Positions 31,445 through 42,045 of a stretch of 64,000 nucleotides of DNA are shown one piece after another. This stretch comes from Gilliamella sp. CRA003912 (GTDB taxonomy: Bacteria; Pseudomonadota; Gammaproteobacteria; Enterobacterales; Orbaceae): positions 56,646 to 120,645 of the forward strand of contig JAVSBY010000013.1 in NCBI GenBank assembly GCA_031960925.1, read 5' to 3'. Position 1 is the first letter of the stretch. Each line of letters opens with the position of its first letter. The translations under genes and the position numbers were made by a program. Under the pieces are notes generated by a model. The model saw only the letters and a list, made by a program, of their open reading frames with translations. It searched no databases and was not told the origin of the DNA.

Positions 31445-32581
31445 CTAATAAAGTGAGTGTTTATTATTCTCAATGTGATTTTTATCGAGTCGGCCATACA
31501 TCTTAATATATGTCCAAATTGTGTATAAAAGTACAATTGGTAAAAAGATGAGTACGACAATAAACATAACATTCAAGGTTAATTGGCTAGACGATGCATC
31601 CCAGATAGTTAAACTTGCTTCAGGCATAATGCTTGATGGCATAACAAATGGGAAAGTTGCAATGCCGAACGTAAAGAGTACGCAAGCAATGGTCAATGCC
31701 GATAAAATAAACGTTAATGCATTTTTATTTAACGCCGAACAAATGATGGTTAAAATCGGTAGCAAAATCCCCAATGCTGGCACTGCCCACAAGATTGGGT
31801 AAGCATTGTAATTGGTTAACCAAGAAACATCAGTTGCCACCGTTTTAGTTAATGGATTTGATGCAGCTGTGTGATCAATAACACTTGTTATTTCATAACC
31901 GTGAAGACCAAAAGTCACCCAAACACCCGCTAAGATAAAAGCAATAACCATGATTACGCTTGCAATTTGCGTGGCTTTTCTCGCTCTTAGATAAAGTTCA
32001 CCAGATGTTTTCATTTGTAGCCAAGCACCGCCGTGGGCAACAATTAACATTAAACTTACAACACCTGCAAGCAGCGCAAATGGATTAAGTAATCCGAAGA
32101 AGTTACCTTCATAAGTCACGCGTAAAAAGTTATCAAGTCTAAATGGGACACCTTGTAGTAAGTTACCAAATGCTACCCCAAAAACCAGTGCAGGAACAAA
32201 GCTACCAAAAAAGATACCGCCATCCCACAGATTACGCCATTTAGAGTTTTCAAGTTTACTCCGGTAATCAAACCCGATTGGTCTAAAAAATAGGGCGCAA
32301 AGAACAAGGATCATCGCAATATAAAAGCCGGAGAATGAAGCTGCATATACCATTGGCCACGCTGCAAAGATACCCGCTCCGGCAGTGATTAACCATACTT
32401 GGTTACCGTCCCAATGAGGTGCGATAGAATTAATCATAATACGTCGTTCATTATCTGTCTTACCAATAAACGGTAACAAGATACCAACACCCATATCAAA
32501 ACCATCAGTAATAACGAAACCAATTAATATGACACTAATTAGCACCCACCAAATAACGCGTAAAATTTCATAATCGATCAT
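31445..32581 (-). CDS. cydB: Cytochrome bd ubiquinol oxidase subunit II
   Basis: DGFDMGVG, PHWDGNQVWL and SLTIWDASSS motifs. Confidence 0.98.
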   Translation of the reverse strand: MIDYEILRVIWWVLISVILIGFVITDGFDMGVGILLPFIGKTDNERRIMINSIAPHWDGNQVWLITAGAGIFAAWPMVYAASFSGFYIAMILVLCALFFRPIGFDYRSKLENSKWRNLWDGGIFFGSFVPALVFGVAFGNLLQGVPFRLDNFLRVTYEGNFFGLLNPFALLAGVVSLMLIVAHGGAWLQMKTSGELYLRARKATQIASVIMVIAFILAGVWVTFGLHGYEITSVIDHTAASNPLTKTVATDVSWLTNYNAYPILWAVPALGILLPILTIICSALNKNALTFILSALTIACVLFTFGIATFPFVMPSSIMPEASLTIWDASSSQLTLNVMFIVVLIFLPIVLLYTIWTYIKMYGRLDKNHIENNKHSLY

Positions 32582-32599
32582 TATGTATACTCCTATCCC

Positions 32600-34174
32600 T
32601 TATTTCTCTGTTATTGGTTGTGTTTTTTCATAATGATAATTGCCAGTACCTAAAGAACTTGGTCCTAAGCGTGCGAATTTAAACATTAAGAACATTTCAG
32701 CAACTAAAAATAAGGTGTATAAACCGCAGATTAATAGCATAGTGAATAACACTTCACCAGGCGTTAATGATGAATTTGCAACACCGGTTGGTAAGATACC
32801 TTCAATTGCCCAAGGTTGTCTGCCGTACTCTGCAACAAACCAGCCACATTCACAGGCAATCCAAGGGAATGGTAACATCATTAACATGATGCGATGTAAC
32901 CAGCGTTTTTGGCCGATTTTATTTTTATAGGTAGTCCATAAAGAGATACCTGTACCCAAAATCATTAATGCACCTAAGCCAACCATGATTCTAAATGCCC
33001 AAAAGAGTGGGGCAACGGCTGGAATCGAGTCTTCTGTCGCAGCTTGTATATGTTTATCTGTTGCTTCAGAAATGGTTAAATTATCTTTATCCGTGAAGCG
33101 TTTAACTAAATAACCATAACCTAAATCGTCTTTATTGGCTTCAAATGCTTGTCGGACGTTTGGATCGTCGCTGCCTTGTTTGATTTTTTCTAAATTAGTA
33201 TAAGCTAAGATACCATTACGAATTCGAGATTGATTTTCGGTCATAATATCTTTTAAGCCAATAACTTGCGTATCAAGTGAACGGGTTGTAATAATTCCCA
33301 TTAAATAAGGTATTTCGATTGCAAATTTATTTTCTTTGTCTTTTTGTGATGGGAAAGCAATTAAGTTAAATGCGGCAGGTGCCGGTTGCGTATCCCATTC
33401 GCCTTCGATTGCAGCAAGTTTTGCTGGTTGAACGGTGGTCATTTCATGACCCGCTTCATCACCCATCATCGCAACGCCGATAGACATCACAAAACCAAAC
33501 ATGGATGCAACAGCAAAAGAACGTTTTGCAAAAGCAACATCTCTGTTTTTGAGTAAATAGTAAGAACTGATGGCTAAAACGAAAATAGAACCGGTGAGGT
33601 ATCCTGCTGTTACGGTATGAACAAATTTGTACTGTGCAACCGAGTTTGTAATTAATTCAAAAAAGTTAGCCATCTCCATTCGAGAGTTGACCGGGTTGAA
33701 TTCAGAACCAACAGGGAATTGCATCCAACCATTAGCCACTAAAATCCATAATGCAGAAAGATTAGAACCAAATGCAACGCACCATGTAACTAATAAGTGC
33801 TTACGACGACTTAATCTGTCCCAACCAAAAAAGAACAAACCAACCATTGTTGATTCTAAGAAGAAAGCCATTAAGCCTTCAATCGCAAGTGGAGCACCAA
33901 AGATATCTCCAACATAATGCGAATAGTATGACCAGTTTGTTCCAAATTGGAACTCCATGGTTAACCCTGTTGCAACGCCTAAGGCAAAATTAATACCAAA
34001 TAATTTGCCCCAAAATTTTGTCATGTCTTTCCAAATTTGCTTACCGCTAACAACATAGACTGTTTCCATAATTGCTAACAAAAAAGCTAAACCTAGCGTT
34101 AATGGCACAAAAATGAAATGGTACATTGCTGTAAGTGCAAACTGGAGTCGTGATAGTTCTACTATATCTAACAT
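32600..34174 (-). CDS. cydA: Cytochrome bd ubiquinol oxidase subunit I (long Q-loop)
   Basis: [35 protein letters not shown] and EYGRQPW motifs. Confidence 0.98.
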   Translation of the reverse strand: MLDIVELSRLQFALTAMYHFIFVPLTLGLAFLLAIMETVYVVSGKQIWKDMTKFWGKLFGINFALGVATGLTMEFQFGTNWSYYSHYVGDIFGAPLAIEGLMAFFLESTMVGLFFFGWDRLSRRKHLLVTWCVAFGSNLSALWILVANGWMQFPVGSEFNPVNSRMEMANFFELITNSVAQYKFVHTVTAGYLTGSIFVLAISSYYLLKNRDVAFAKRSFAVASMFGFVMSIGVAMMGDEAGHEMTTVQPAKLAAIEGEWDTQPAPAAFNLIAFPSQKDKENKFAIEIPYLMGIITTRSLDTQVIGLKDIMTENQSRIRNGILAYTNLEKIKQGSDDPNVRQAFEANKDDLGYGYLVKRFTDKDNLTISEATDKHIQAATEDSIPAVAPLFWAFRIMVGLGALMILGTGISLWTTYKNKIGQKRWLHRIMLMMLPFPWIACECGWFVAEYGRQPWAIEGILPTGVANSSLTPGEVLFTMLLICGLYTLFLVAEMFLMFKFARLGPSSLGTGNYHYEKTQPITEK

Positions 34175-34256
34175 ATTTGCTCCCTAGTTTTTTAAACTTA
34201 TAATCTTGTTACGTTATTATGCGCGCTATTGTACATCAATATTTAGATAATAAGAA

Positions 34257-34270
34257 TTGATGTAGGTCAA
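34257..34270. promoter_or_regulatory. Candidate FNR site upstream of cydA
   Basis: TTGAT-GTAG-GTCAA, one mismatch to TTGAT-N4-ATCAA; putative -10 CATAAT on the minus strand at 34216-34221. Confidence 0.6.
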
Positions 34271-34273
34271 AAA

Positions 34274-35146
34274 TTATAGGATAAATTGTTTTTTTACTGC
34301 CTCACCAATATCCGCAAGATTTGTGACTACGATAACCCCCGCATCTTGTAATACTTTTGTTTTTTCTGTCGCCGTGCCTTTGGTTCCGGAAATGATTGCG
34401 CCAGCATGTCCCATACGTTTTCCTGACGGGGCTGTGACGCCTGCAATGTAACTGATTACGGGTTTGCTAATGTGATGCTTTATGTATTCGGCCGCTTCTT
34501 CTTCTGCCGAGCCACCAATCTCACCTATCATGACGATGACTTCGGTTTTGGGGTCTTTTTCAAGCAGGGATAATATTGAGATAAAATCACTGCCCGGAAT
34601 TGGATCGCCCCCAATACCTACGCAGACAGATTGTCCTAAGCCGATATCGGTTGTTTGTTTTACCGCTTCATAGGTTAGAGTACCTGAGCGCGAAACAATG
34701 CCAACTTTTCCTGCTAAGTGGATATGACCGGGCATGATGCCGATTTTACATTCATCGGGTACGATAATACCAGGACAATTAGGCCCTATCAGAACTACAT
34801 CGTGCTGTTTGAGTTTTTCTTTAACAATCAGCATATCGAGTGTGGGAATTCCTTCGGTTATACAGACAATCAGCTTGATACCTGCATCGATAGCTTCTAA
34901 TATGGAATCTTTACCGAACGCGGCAGGTACATAAATTACGCTTGCTGTTGCATTGGTTGCATCAACCGCTTCTTGTACAGTATTAAACACCGGCAAATTT
35001 AAGTGTGTTGTTCCGCCTTTACCTGGTGTAACGCCACCAACTAATTTTGTACCATATGCAAGCGCTTGCTCTGAATGGAAAGATCCTTGGCTACCTGTAA
35101 ATCCTTGGCAAATGACTCTGGTGTCTTTATCAACTAAAATTGACAT
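34274..35146 (-). CDS. sucD: Succinyl-CoA synthetase alpha subunit
   Basis: [20 protein letters not shown] and RMGHAGA (phospho-His) motifs. Confidence 0.98.
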   Translation of the reverse strand: MSILVDKDTRVICQGFTGSQGSFHSEQALAYGTKLVGGVTPGKGGTTHLNLPVFNTVQEAVDATNATASVIYVPAAFGKDSILEAIDAGIKLIVCITEGIPTLDMLIVKEKLKQHDVVLIGPNCPGIIVPDECKIGIMPGHIHLAGKVGIVSRSGTLTYEAVKQTTDIGLGQSVCVGIGGDPIPGSDFISILSLLEKDPKTEVIVMIGEIGGSAEEEAAEYIKHHISKPVISYIAGVTAPSGKRMGHAGAIISGTKGTATEKTKVLQDAGVIVVTNLADIGEAVKKQFIL

Positions 35147-35164
35147 GCGATTTCTCCATCCTTT

Positions 35165-36337
35165 TTATTTTGTCACTGATGATATTTTTTGTGCCGCATC
35201 CGTTAAGCTTTGGGCACTAATAACATTCAATCTACTTTCTGCTAAAATTTCTCTTGCTAATTCAGCATTATTTCCTTCAAGTCTGACGACAACCGGCACG
35301 CTGAGTCCTATCTCTTTAATCGCTGCGATGATACCGTCAGCAATTAAGTCGCAACGGACAATACCGCCAAAAATATTAACCAAAATGGCGTTGACATTTT
35401 TATCTGATAAAATCAGTTTAAACGCTTCGGTAACACGCTCTTTGGTTGTTCCGCCACCAACATCTAAGAAATTAGCTGGTTGGCCGCCATAAAGTTTAAT
35501 GATATCCATGGTTGCCATTGCAAGCCCAGCACCATTTACCATGCAACCGATATTTCCCTCTAAAGAAACATAACTAATGCCTTGCTTAGCGGCAATCGAT
35601 TCTCTTTCATCTTCTTGAGTGGTGTCTCTTAAGATACTTAAATCAGGGTGCCTAAAGAGTGCATTTTCATCCAAAACGATTTTGGCATCTAGGCAGATTA
35701 GATCTTCTGACTGTGTGATAACGAGGGGATTAATTTCGGCAAGCGATACATCATTTTCTAAAAATAATTTTGCAAAGTTGACAAAGAGTTTAGCAAATTG
35801 GTTGATAAGTTTGCCTTGCAAACCTAATTTAAACGCCAGATTACGTCCTTGATAGGTGCAAGGTCCGGTTAATGGATCGAGTGCCACTTTATGAATTAAA
35901 TTGGGTGACTTTTCGGCAACAGTCTCAATATCCATGCCACCTTCGGTGGATGCCATTATCACCACTCGCTGACTGCTGCGATCGACAACGGCACCTAAGT
36001 AAAGTTCTTTTGCAATGTCCGATGCTTTTTCAATTAGAATCTTATTAACCGGCTGACCTTTTGCATCCGTTTGATAAGTAACAAGGCGTTGCCCTAACCA
36101 TTTTTCAGCAAAGTGTGTTATCTCATTGAAATCTTTGGTGCAAATTACCCCGCCCGATTTCCCCCTGCCACCAGCATGAACTTGACATTTAGCAACCCAA
36201 GCCCCTGAAAAGGTTTGCGATGATAATTCTGCTAAGACATCTTTAATTTCATCAATCGAATTACAAACGTAGCCTTCAGGAACAGGTAAATGATATTTAT
36301 TAAACAAATATTTTGACTGATACTCATGCAAGTTCAT
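35165..36337 (-). CDS. sucC: Succinyl-CoA synthetase beta subunit
   Basis: [27 protein letters not shown] and [10 protein letters not shown] motifs. Confidence 0.98.
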   Translation of the reverse strand: MNLHEYQSKYLFNKYHLPVPEGYVCNSIDEIKDVLAELSSQTFSGAWVAKCQVHAGGRGKSGGVICTKDFNEITHFAEKWLGQRLVTYQTDAKGQPVNKILIEKASDIAKELYLGAVVDRSSQRVVIMASTEGGMDIETVAEKSPNLIHKVALDPLTGPCTYQGRNLAFKLGLQGKLINQFAKLFVNFAKLFLENDVSLAEINPLVITQSEDLICLDAKIVLDENALFRHPDLSILRDTTQEDERESIAAKQGISYVSLEGNIGCMVNGAGLAMATMDIIKLYGGQPANFLDVGGGTTKERVTEAFKLILSDKNVNAILVNIFGGIVRCDLIADGIIAAIKEIGLSVPVVVRLEGNNAELAREILAESRLNVISAQSLTDAAQKISSVTK

Positions 36338-36651
36338 AGGAGGGTTCCATAACTTAAATTAGATTTAGAATAATTATGATTTTAATCCAAGATAGATGAA
36401 TTGTGTAGCAAATAATATGTCTTGTTTCAAGGTGCTGAGAATTATTGCTGATATCCGTTGACAATGATATACTCCACAACATATTTGAGCCGATAAAAAT
36501 GAGAAAATATTCATATTTCAATAAGGTATGTGGCGATCATTGTCAGGCGAATCTTACACTAAAAAAGCATTTAGTGTGATGATGCTTAATCCGATAATAC
36601 GACTAAATATGAGTCCGTTTAATATCAATAATAGAGTAAAAGGTAACAGAG

Positions 36652-37164
36652 ATGACAAAAGTGGGTATTTTTTTTGGTAGTGATACCGGTAATACAGAAA
36701 ATGTAGCACAGCAAATCCAACAAAGACTCGGTCATGATAAAGCAGACTTGTTTGATATTGCTAAAAGTACAAAAGAACAATTCGAACAATATGAGCACTT
36801 ATTTTTAGGAATACCGACATGGTATTATGGTGAGTCTCAATGTGATTGGGATGACTTTTTACCCACTCTTGAACAAATTGATTTTTCAGGTAAAACAGTC
36901 GCTATTTTTGGCTGTGGGGATCAAGAAGATTATGCTGAATATTTCTGTGATGCAATGGGCACATTAAGAGATGCCATTGAAGCCAAAGGGGCTAAAATTG
37001 TAGGACATTGGTCAACAGAAGGTTATCACTTTGATGCTTCAAAAAGTTTAGTTGACGATACCCATTTTGTTGGGCTTGCAATTGACGAAGATCGCCAACC
37101 AGAACTCACTGACGAACGAATTGAACAGTGGGTTAATCAAGTTGTTGCTGAGATGGGTATTTAG
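36652..37164 (+). CDS. fldA: Flavodoxin 1
   Basis: FFGSDTGNT, GIPTWYYGE and GCGDQEDY motifs. Confidence 0.97.
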   Translation: MTKVGIFFGSDTGNTENVAQQIQQRLGHDKADLFDIAKSTKEQFEQYEHLFLGIPTWYYGESQCDWDDFLPTLEQIDFSGKTVAIFGCGDQEDYAEYFCDAMGTLRDAIEAKGAKIVGHWSTEGYHFDASKSLVDDTHFVGLAIDEDRQPELTDERIEQWVNQVVAEMGI

Positions 37165-37283
37165 TTCACATGTAAGTGAGCTTTTATAGTTCTTACCTTT
37201 TACAACAATTTATTTATTTTCTCAGGCATATCCCTATAATAGGGGTATGTAATACACTATAAAATATAAATTTGAGATGTGAT

Positions 37284-37748
37284 ATGACAGATCATGATAA
37301 TAATGCAGCGCTCAAAAGCGCTGGTTTAAAAGTGACATTACCAAGATTAAAAATTCTGGAAATATTACGCGATCCACACTACCAACATGTAACGGCTGAA
37401 GATCTTTATAAAAAGCTCCTTGATTCTGGTGAGGAAATTGGTCTTGCAACTGTTTATCGTGTCTTAAACCAATTTGATGATGCAGGCATCGTTACTCGTC
37501 ATAACTTCGAAGGCGGCAAGGCTGTTTTCGAACTTGCAACTCAAAAACATCATGATCACTTAGTATGTTTAGATTGTGGTGAAGTTTTTGAATTCAGAGA
37601 TGAAATTATTAATACAAGGCAAAAAGAAATTGCTGAACGTTACGGCGTTAAACTTGCCTACCACAGTTTATACTTATATGGTCATTGCCAGACTGGTGAT
37701 TGCAAGAAAGATCCCAATCTACATCATAATAAAAAGCCTACTGAGTAG
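37284..37748 (+). CDS. fur: Ferric uptake regulator
   Basis: GLKVTLPR, GLATVYRVL and HHDHLVCLDC motifs; ATG at 37284. Confidence 0.98.
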   Translation: MTDHDNNAALKSAGLKVTLPRLKILEILRDPHYQHVTAEDLYKKLLDSGEEIGLATVYRVLNQFDDAGIVTRHNFEGGKAVFELATQKHHDHLVCLDCGEVFEFRDEIINTRQKEIAERYGVKLAYHSLYLYGHCQTGDCKKDPNLHHNKKPTE

Positions 37749-37801
37749 GCTTTTGCTGCGTTATCCCATCTGATAACTGAATCTTTTAGGTTAATTAATA
37801 C

Positions 37802-38344
37802 ATGAAACAACTTCTTAACTTTGTCCCTTTAATTTTCTTTTTCTCTTTTTTGATGATATTTGACATTTTTGCTGGTGTGCAGGCTTTAATGATCAGTTCA
37901 ACAATATGTTTTGTCATTATCTGCGTTCTCTACAAAAAAGTTGAAAAAATGGAACTCTTTTCTTACTTGATGATTATGGTGTTCGGCGCAATGACGCTTT
38001 ATTTTCGCGATCAAAACATCATTAAATGGAAAGTCACTATCATTAATTTCCTATTTGCCATCATTCTATTAATTAGCCAAGTGTTTTTTAAAAAGAATCT
38101 TATTCAAAGAATATTGGGCAAAGAGATTCAGTTAGACTCAGGCTCATGGAATAAATTAAATACAGTGTGGGTGATTTTCTTTATTATCTGTGGATTAGCC
38201 AACCTGTATGTGACTTATTATACCTCGGATGACTTCTTCGGCGTATTTAAAGCCTTCATTTTACCCGGTGCATCTTTAGTGTTAACCGCTATATCAGGTA
38301 TTTATATCTATAAAAAGATCAGTAAAATGGAACATCAGTCATGA
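37802..38344 (+). CDS. yciB: Inner membrane protein YciB (IspZ family)
   Basis: Polytopic membrane protein with IKWKVTIIN and WNKLN motifs; adjacent to yciA. Confidence 0.9.
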   Translation: MKQLLNFVPLIFFFSFLMIFDIFAGVQALMISSTICFVIICVLYKKVEKMELFSYLMIMVFGAMTLYFRDQNIIKWKVTIINFLFAIILLISQVFFKKNLIQRILGKEIQLDSGSWNKLNTVWVIFFIICGLANLYVTYYTSDDFFGVFKAFILPGASLVLTAISGIYIYKKISKMEHQS

Positions 38345-38799
38345 ACAGAGATAAAAAAAGCCCAAAAGGGCAACTTGTATTAAGAACGCTTGCAATGCCA
38401 GCTGATACAAATCCGCATGGTCATATATTTGGTGGTTGGATCATGTCACAAATGGATCTTGCCGGCGGCATTTTAGCCCAAGAAATTGCCAAAAGAAGGA
38501 TCGTGACTGTCAATGCAAGCAGCATTACATTTTATCAGCCAGCTATGGTTGGGGATGTTGTTTGCTGCTATGCCCGCTGTTTAAAAACCGGTACAACATC
38601 GATTACAGTTGAAATTGAGATTTGGAATAAGAAAATTAATGACAGTCAGGTTGGCCTTGAGCGTTCGCTGATTACCGATGCGGTTTTTACTTATGTTTCA
38701 GTAGACAGGCATAATCTTCCTAAACCATTACCCGAATCGAGTCAACATTATGATTGTAATAAAGATGAAATTGAAAAATTGAATCTAACTGAAATTTAA
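38341..38799 (+). CDS. yciA: Acyl-CoA thioester hydrolase YciA
   Basis: LRTLAMPADTN..G.IFGGWIMSQMD hotdog motif. Confidence 0.93.
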   Translation: MNRDKKSPKGQLVLRTLAMPADTNPHGHIFGGWIMSQMDLAGGILAQEIAKRRIVTVNASSITFYQPAMVGDVVCCYARCLKTGTTSITVEIEIWNKKINDSQVGLERSLITDAVFTYVSVDRHNLPKPLPESSQHYDCNKDEIEKLNLTEI

Positions 38800-40271
38800 T
38801 GAATCATTCTTTTTTCACCTCATTTCATACGTTAGTCAGTTCACTGATTTTTTTAGGGTACTGGCTAATTATCGTTGCAACAACGTTACGCATTGTATTT
38901 CGTCGTCGGCCAACCACCTACGTTGTCGCGTGGATGCTTATTATCTACATTTTACCTATTGTGGGTGTTGTGCTCTATTTTTCGCTGGGCGAAACGCATC
39001 TGGGGCAAGAACGCGTTAAACGTGCGCAAAAAATGCGTCCACTTATTAATACCTTTATTCAACAATTACGTTCTTTTCCATCTATTTTCACAACTAATGT
39101 TAGTCAAGTCAGTCACCCTATATTCCAGCTTTGTCATCATCAAACAGGGTTAGAAGGCATCAACGGTAATCATATCGAACTGCTGAGTTCAACCGATGAT
39201 ATCTTTGATCGTCTTATTGAGGATATTGAACAAGCAAAATCCAATATTGAAATGGTTTTTTATATATGGAATAAAGGAGGGCGAGCCGATGATATTGAGG
39301 CTGCGTTAATTCGCGCTGTTGAACGGGGGGTGGTTTGCCGTTTAATGTTAGATTCCGCTGGTAGCCGTCAATTTTTGAAGACCGAAGACAGCAAAAAAAT
39401 GCGCGATGCTGGCATTTTAATTGTTGAGGCATTGCAGGTCAATTTACTTCGGTTTATGTTTCGTCGACTCGATCTTCGCCAACATCGTAAAGTCGCAATT
39501 ATTGACAATTATATTTCGTATACAGGAAGTATGAATATTGTCGATCCGCGTTATTTTAAGCAAAATAAACGTGTGGGTGAATGGGTTGATATTATGGTCA
39601 GAATGAGTGGACCTATCACAACATTAATGGGGGCAATCTATGCCAGTGATTGGGAGCTGGAAACGGGTGCTCATCTAACTTTACCTCAAATTACCGATTT
39701 TGCTGAGCCGCCGGAAGAAAGAAAGCATATCATGCAACTGATTCCATCGGGGCCGGGTTATATGGAAAATATGATCCATCAAGTTTTATTAACCGCGATT
39801 TATTCAGCCCAAAAACAGATTATTTTTACAACCCCTTATTTAGTGCCGAGTGATGATATTTTACATGCGGTTTGTACCGCCGCTCAGCGGGGTGTTGATG
39901 TCATTATTATTGTTCCGAAAAAGAATGACTCATTGATGGTGGAATGGGCAAGTCGTGCTTTTTTCTCTGAACTTTTAGATGGTGGGGTTAAACTGTATCA
40001 ATTTAACGATAATTTACTGCATACTAAAAGTGTTTTAATTGATAATCAACTAAGTTTAGTTGGGACAGTTAATTTAGATATGCGTAGCTTATGGCTTAAC
40101 TTTGAGATCACAACTGTGATTGATGATAAAGAATTTGCTGCATCTTTATATGCGTTGTTACAAGACTATTTAGCCAACTCAGATCCCGTTGATATTGATA
40201 TGTGGAAAAAGCGGCCATTTTGGCAACATATTATTGAACGACTTTTTTATTTCTTTGCACCATTATTGTAA
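38799..40271 (+). CDS. clsA: Cardiolipin synthase A
   Basis: Two N-terminal TM segments; two HKD motifs (HRKVAIID, HTKSVLID); C-terminal FFAPLL. Confidence 0.96.
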   Translation: MNHSFFTSFHTLVSSLIFLGYWLIIVATTLRIVFRRRPTTYVVAWMLIIYILPIVGVVLYFSLGETHLGQERVKRAQKMRPLINTFIQQLRSFPSIFTTNVSQVSHPIFQLCHHQTGLEGINGNHIELLSSTDDIFDRLIEDIEQAKSNIEMVFYIWNKGGRADDIEAALIRAVERGVVCRLMLDSAGSRQFLKTEDSKKMRDAGILIVEALQVNLLRFMFRRLDLRQHRKVAIIDNYISYTGSMNIVDPRYFKQNKRVGEWVDIMVRMSGPITTLMGAIYASDWELETGAHLTLPQITDFAEPPEERKHIMQLIPSGPGYMENMIHQVLLTAIYSAQKQIIFTTPYLVPSDDILHAVCTAAQRGVDVIIIVPKKNDSLMVEWASRAFFSELLDGGVKLYQFNDNLLHTKSVLIDNQLSLVGTVNLDMRSLWLNFEITTVIDDKEFAASLYALLQDYLANSDPVDIDMWKKRPFWQHIIERLFYFFAPLL

Positions 40272-40279
40272 GCCTAAAA

Positions 40280-41114
40280 TTATTCATACCCACGTTGAGA
40301 CATGTCGGGTAAAAATAAATGATTATCAATGCGCTGTACAACGCTTTCTACTTTTCCCTCGACCGTTAAGCTGATTTCGCGCCAACCTGGGGAATCAACG
40401 TCAGATAATGTAAAATTGTGACAATTGGCTTTGAATTGTACGCAGGTCGAGGGCGTTGAAAAAACCTGACAGGTATGCCACATGTTATCTTGTTGCTGAT
40501 GAATATGACCGTAACCTAATCCTTTTATTTGAGAATGTGATTGAATAATATGCTCAAGATCATTGCTGTTTTTCAGTGCATGTTTATCAAGCCAGTCACA
40601 GCCCGACATAATAGGATGATGATGTAAAAACACAATGGCTGAACGCGCCGGGTTATCGTGCAGTACTTTTTGTAAAAAATTCAGTTCTGACGGTGCTAAA
40701 AATCCATAGGCTTGGCCTACAACTTGACTGTGTAATAGAATTATTATCCAGTTATCGCCAAGTAACACCACTTTATTTTCGGCGAGATGGTAGGTATTAA
40801 AATGTCGATTGCATCAGTTGGAAATTATCATGATTACCAGCAAGCCATACACAGGGCACATCGAATTTTATAATACGCTCTGCAAAGCGCTGATAGCCTT
40901 TTTTAGAACCATCTTGAACAAAATCACCGGTTGCAACAATCAGGTCAAAACGGCTACTGTGTTTTTCGATTTCATCCATTACCGCGAGAAAACTCTTATT
41001 CGAATGGATCCCAAGCAAGGTACCTTGATCCTTGTCAAATAAATGGGTATCTGTAATATGCAGTATCCGACCTAAATGCTGATGAATTAGCGGAAGTGTT
41101 AAGTATGATTGCAA
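40280..41114 (-). pseudogene. cpdA: 3',5'-cyclic-AMP phosphodiesterase CpdA interrupted by a +1 frameshift at 40797-40802
   Basis: The 5' part (TTG 41114; DTH, TGD, GNHD) stops at TTT-TAA. The 3' part (HHHP, GHIH, TPSTCVQF) is in the next frame. Removing one T restores a single ORF collinear with CpdA. Confidence 0.88.
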
Positions 41115-41274
41115 AATTGACCTCACGGTATAGATAATAGTGTCATACTGACTATAGTAATATAACAAATATTATTATTTTGCTGACTAACACGCAATTT
41201 TACAATCAATTACTAATTTTTATCAAAAACATAGCGCATATCACAATATTTATCCGAATATGAACGGTAAAGGA

Positions 41275-41904
41275 TTATAGCCAATCTCGTTGCAATGTAT
41301 TGTGATTGAGTTGTAACCATTGTAAGGCAATAATGGATGCGGCATTATTAATTAATCCATTTTCAACCCATTCATATGCCTGACTTCGACTCACCACGTG
41401 TACTTTAATATCTTCGTTTTCTTCGGCAAGGCCGTGGATTCCTTTTGCTGTTGATGAATCAACCTCACCAACTAAAATGTGCAGTTTTTCAGTTAATCCG
41501 CCCGGGCTTGCTAAATAACTAATGACTTTTTGGCAGCGGCCAACAGTAACACCTGCCTCTTCCATCGCTTCACGCCGAGCGACATCTTCAATGCTCTCGT
41601 TTTCGTGATCAATCATACCTGCAATGAGTTCTAACATCCATGGACTATCTTGTGTTTCGATAGCCGCAATGCGAATTTGTTCAATTAAAACGACGTTATC
41701 TTGTTTTGCATCATATGCTAATAACACAACCGCATGACCGCGCTCTAAAATTTCCCGCGTCACTGTCTCACTGATAGACCCATCAAACTTGCGATACTTG
41801 AAACGGTATTCAAATAATGAAAAGAAACCTTTGTATAAAATCCGCTTTGTTAGATCAAATACATCTTGTTGATTAAAATGAATCGGATTATTTTTGATTT
41901 TCAT
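41275..41904 (-). CDS. nudF: ADP-ribose pyrophosphatase (Nudix)
   Basis: REILERGHA and Nudix box GMID...ARREAMEEAG; divergent from tolC; ATG at 41904. Confidence 0.95.
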   Translation of the reverse strand: MKIKNNPIHFNQQDVFDLTKRILYKGFFSLFEYRFKYRKFDGSISETVTREILERGHAVVLLAYDAKQDNVVLIEQIRIAAIETQDSPWMLELIAGMIDHENESIEDVARREAMEEAGVTVGRCQKVISYLASPGGLTEKLHILVGEVDSSTAKGIHGLAEENEDIKVHVVSRSQAYEWVENGLINNAASIIALQWLQLNHNTLQRDWL

Positions 41905-42045
41905 ATAACCTCTCACTGATTGAACCAAATTTTAATAAAAAGTGCGAATAGTATAGAATGACTTCTTTCTATATGCTAATTATCTGTTAGAATTGTCCGA
42001 TATCAAAATACTACTATATTTCAATGTTTTTTAAAGAGAAGATTA

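Noticed and set aside
31324..31572. 82-aa minus-strand ORF overlapping the cydB end and the cydB-cydX spacer
   Set aside because: It overlaps cydB out of frame and has no RBS or recognisable similarity; the spacer is better explained by hairpins.
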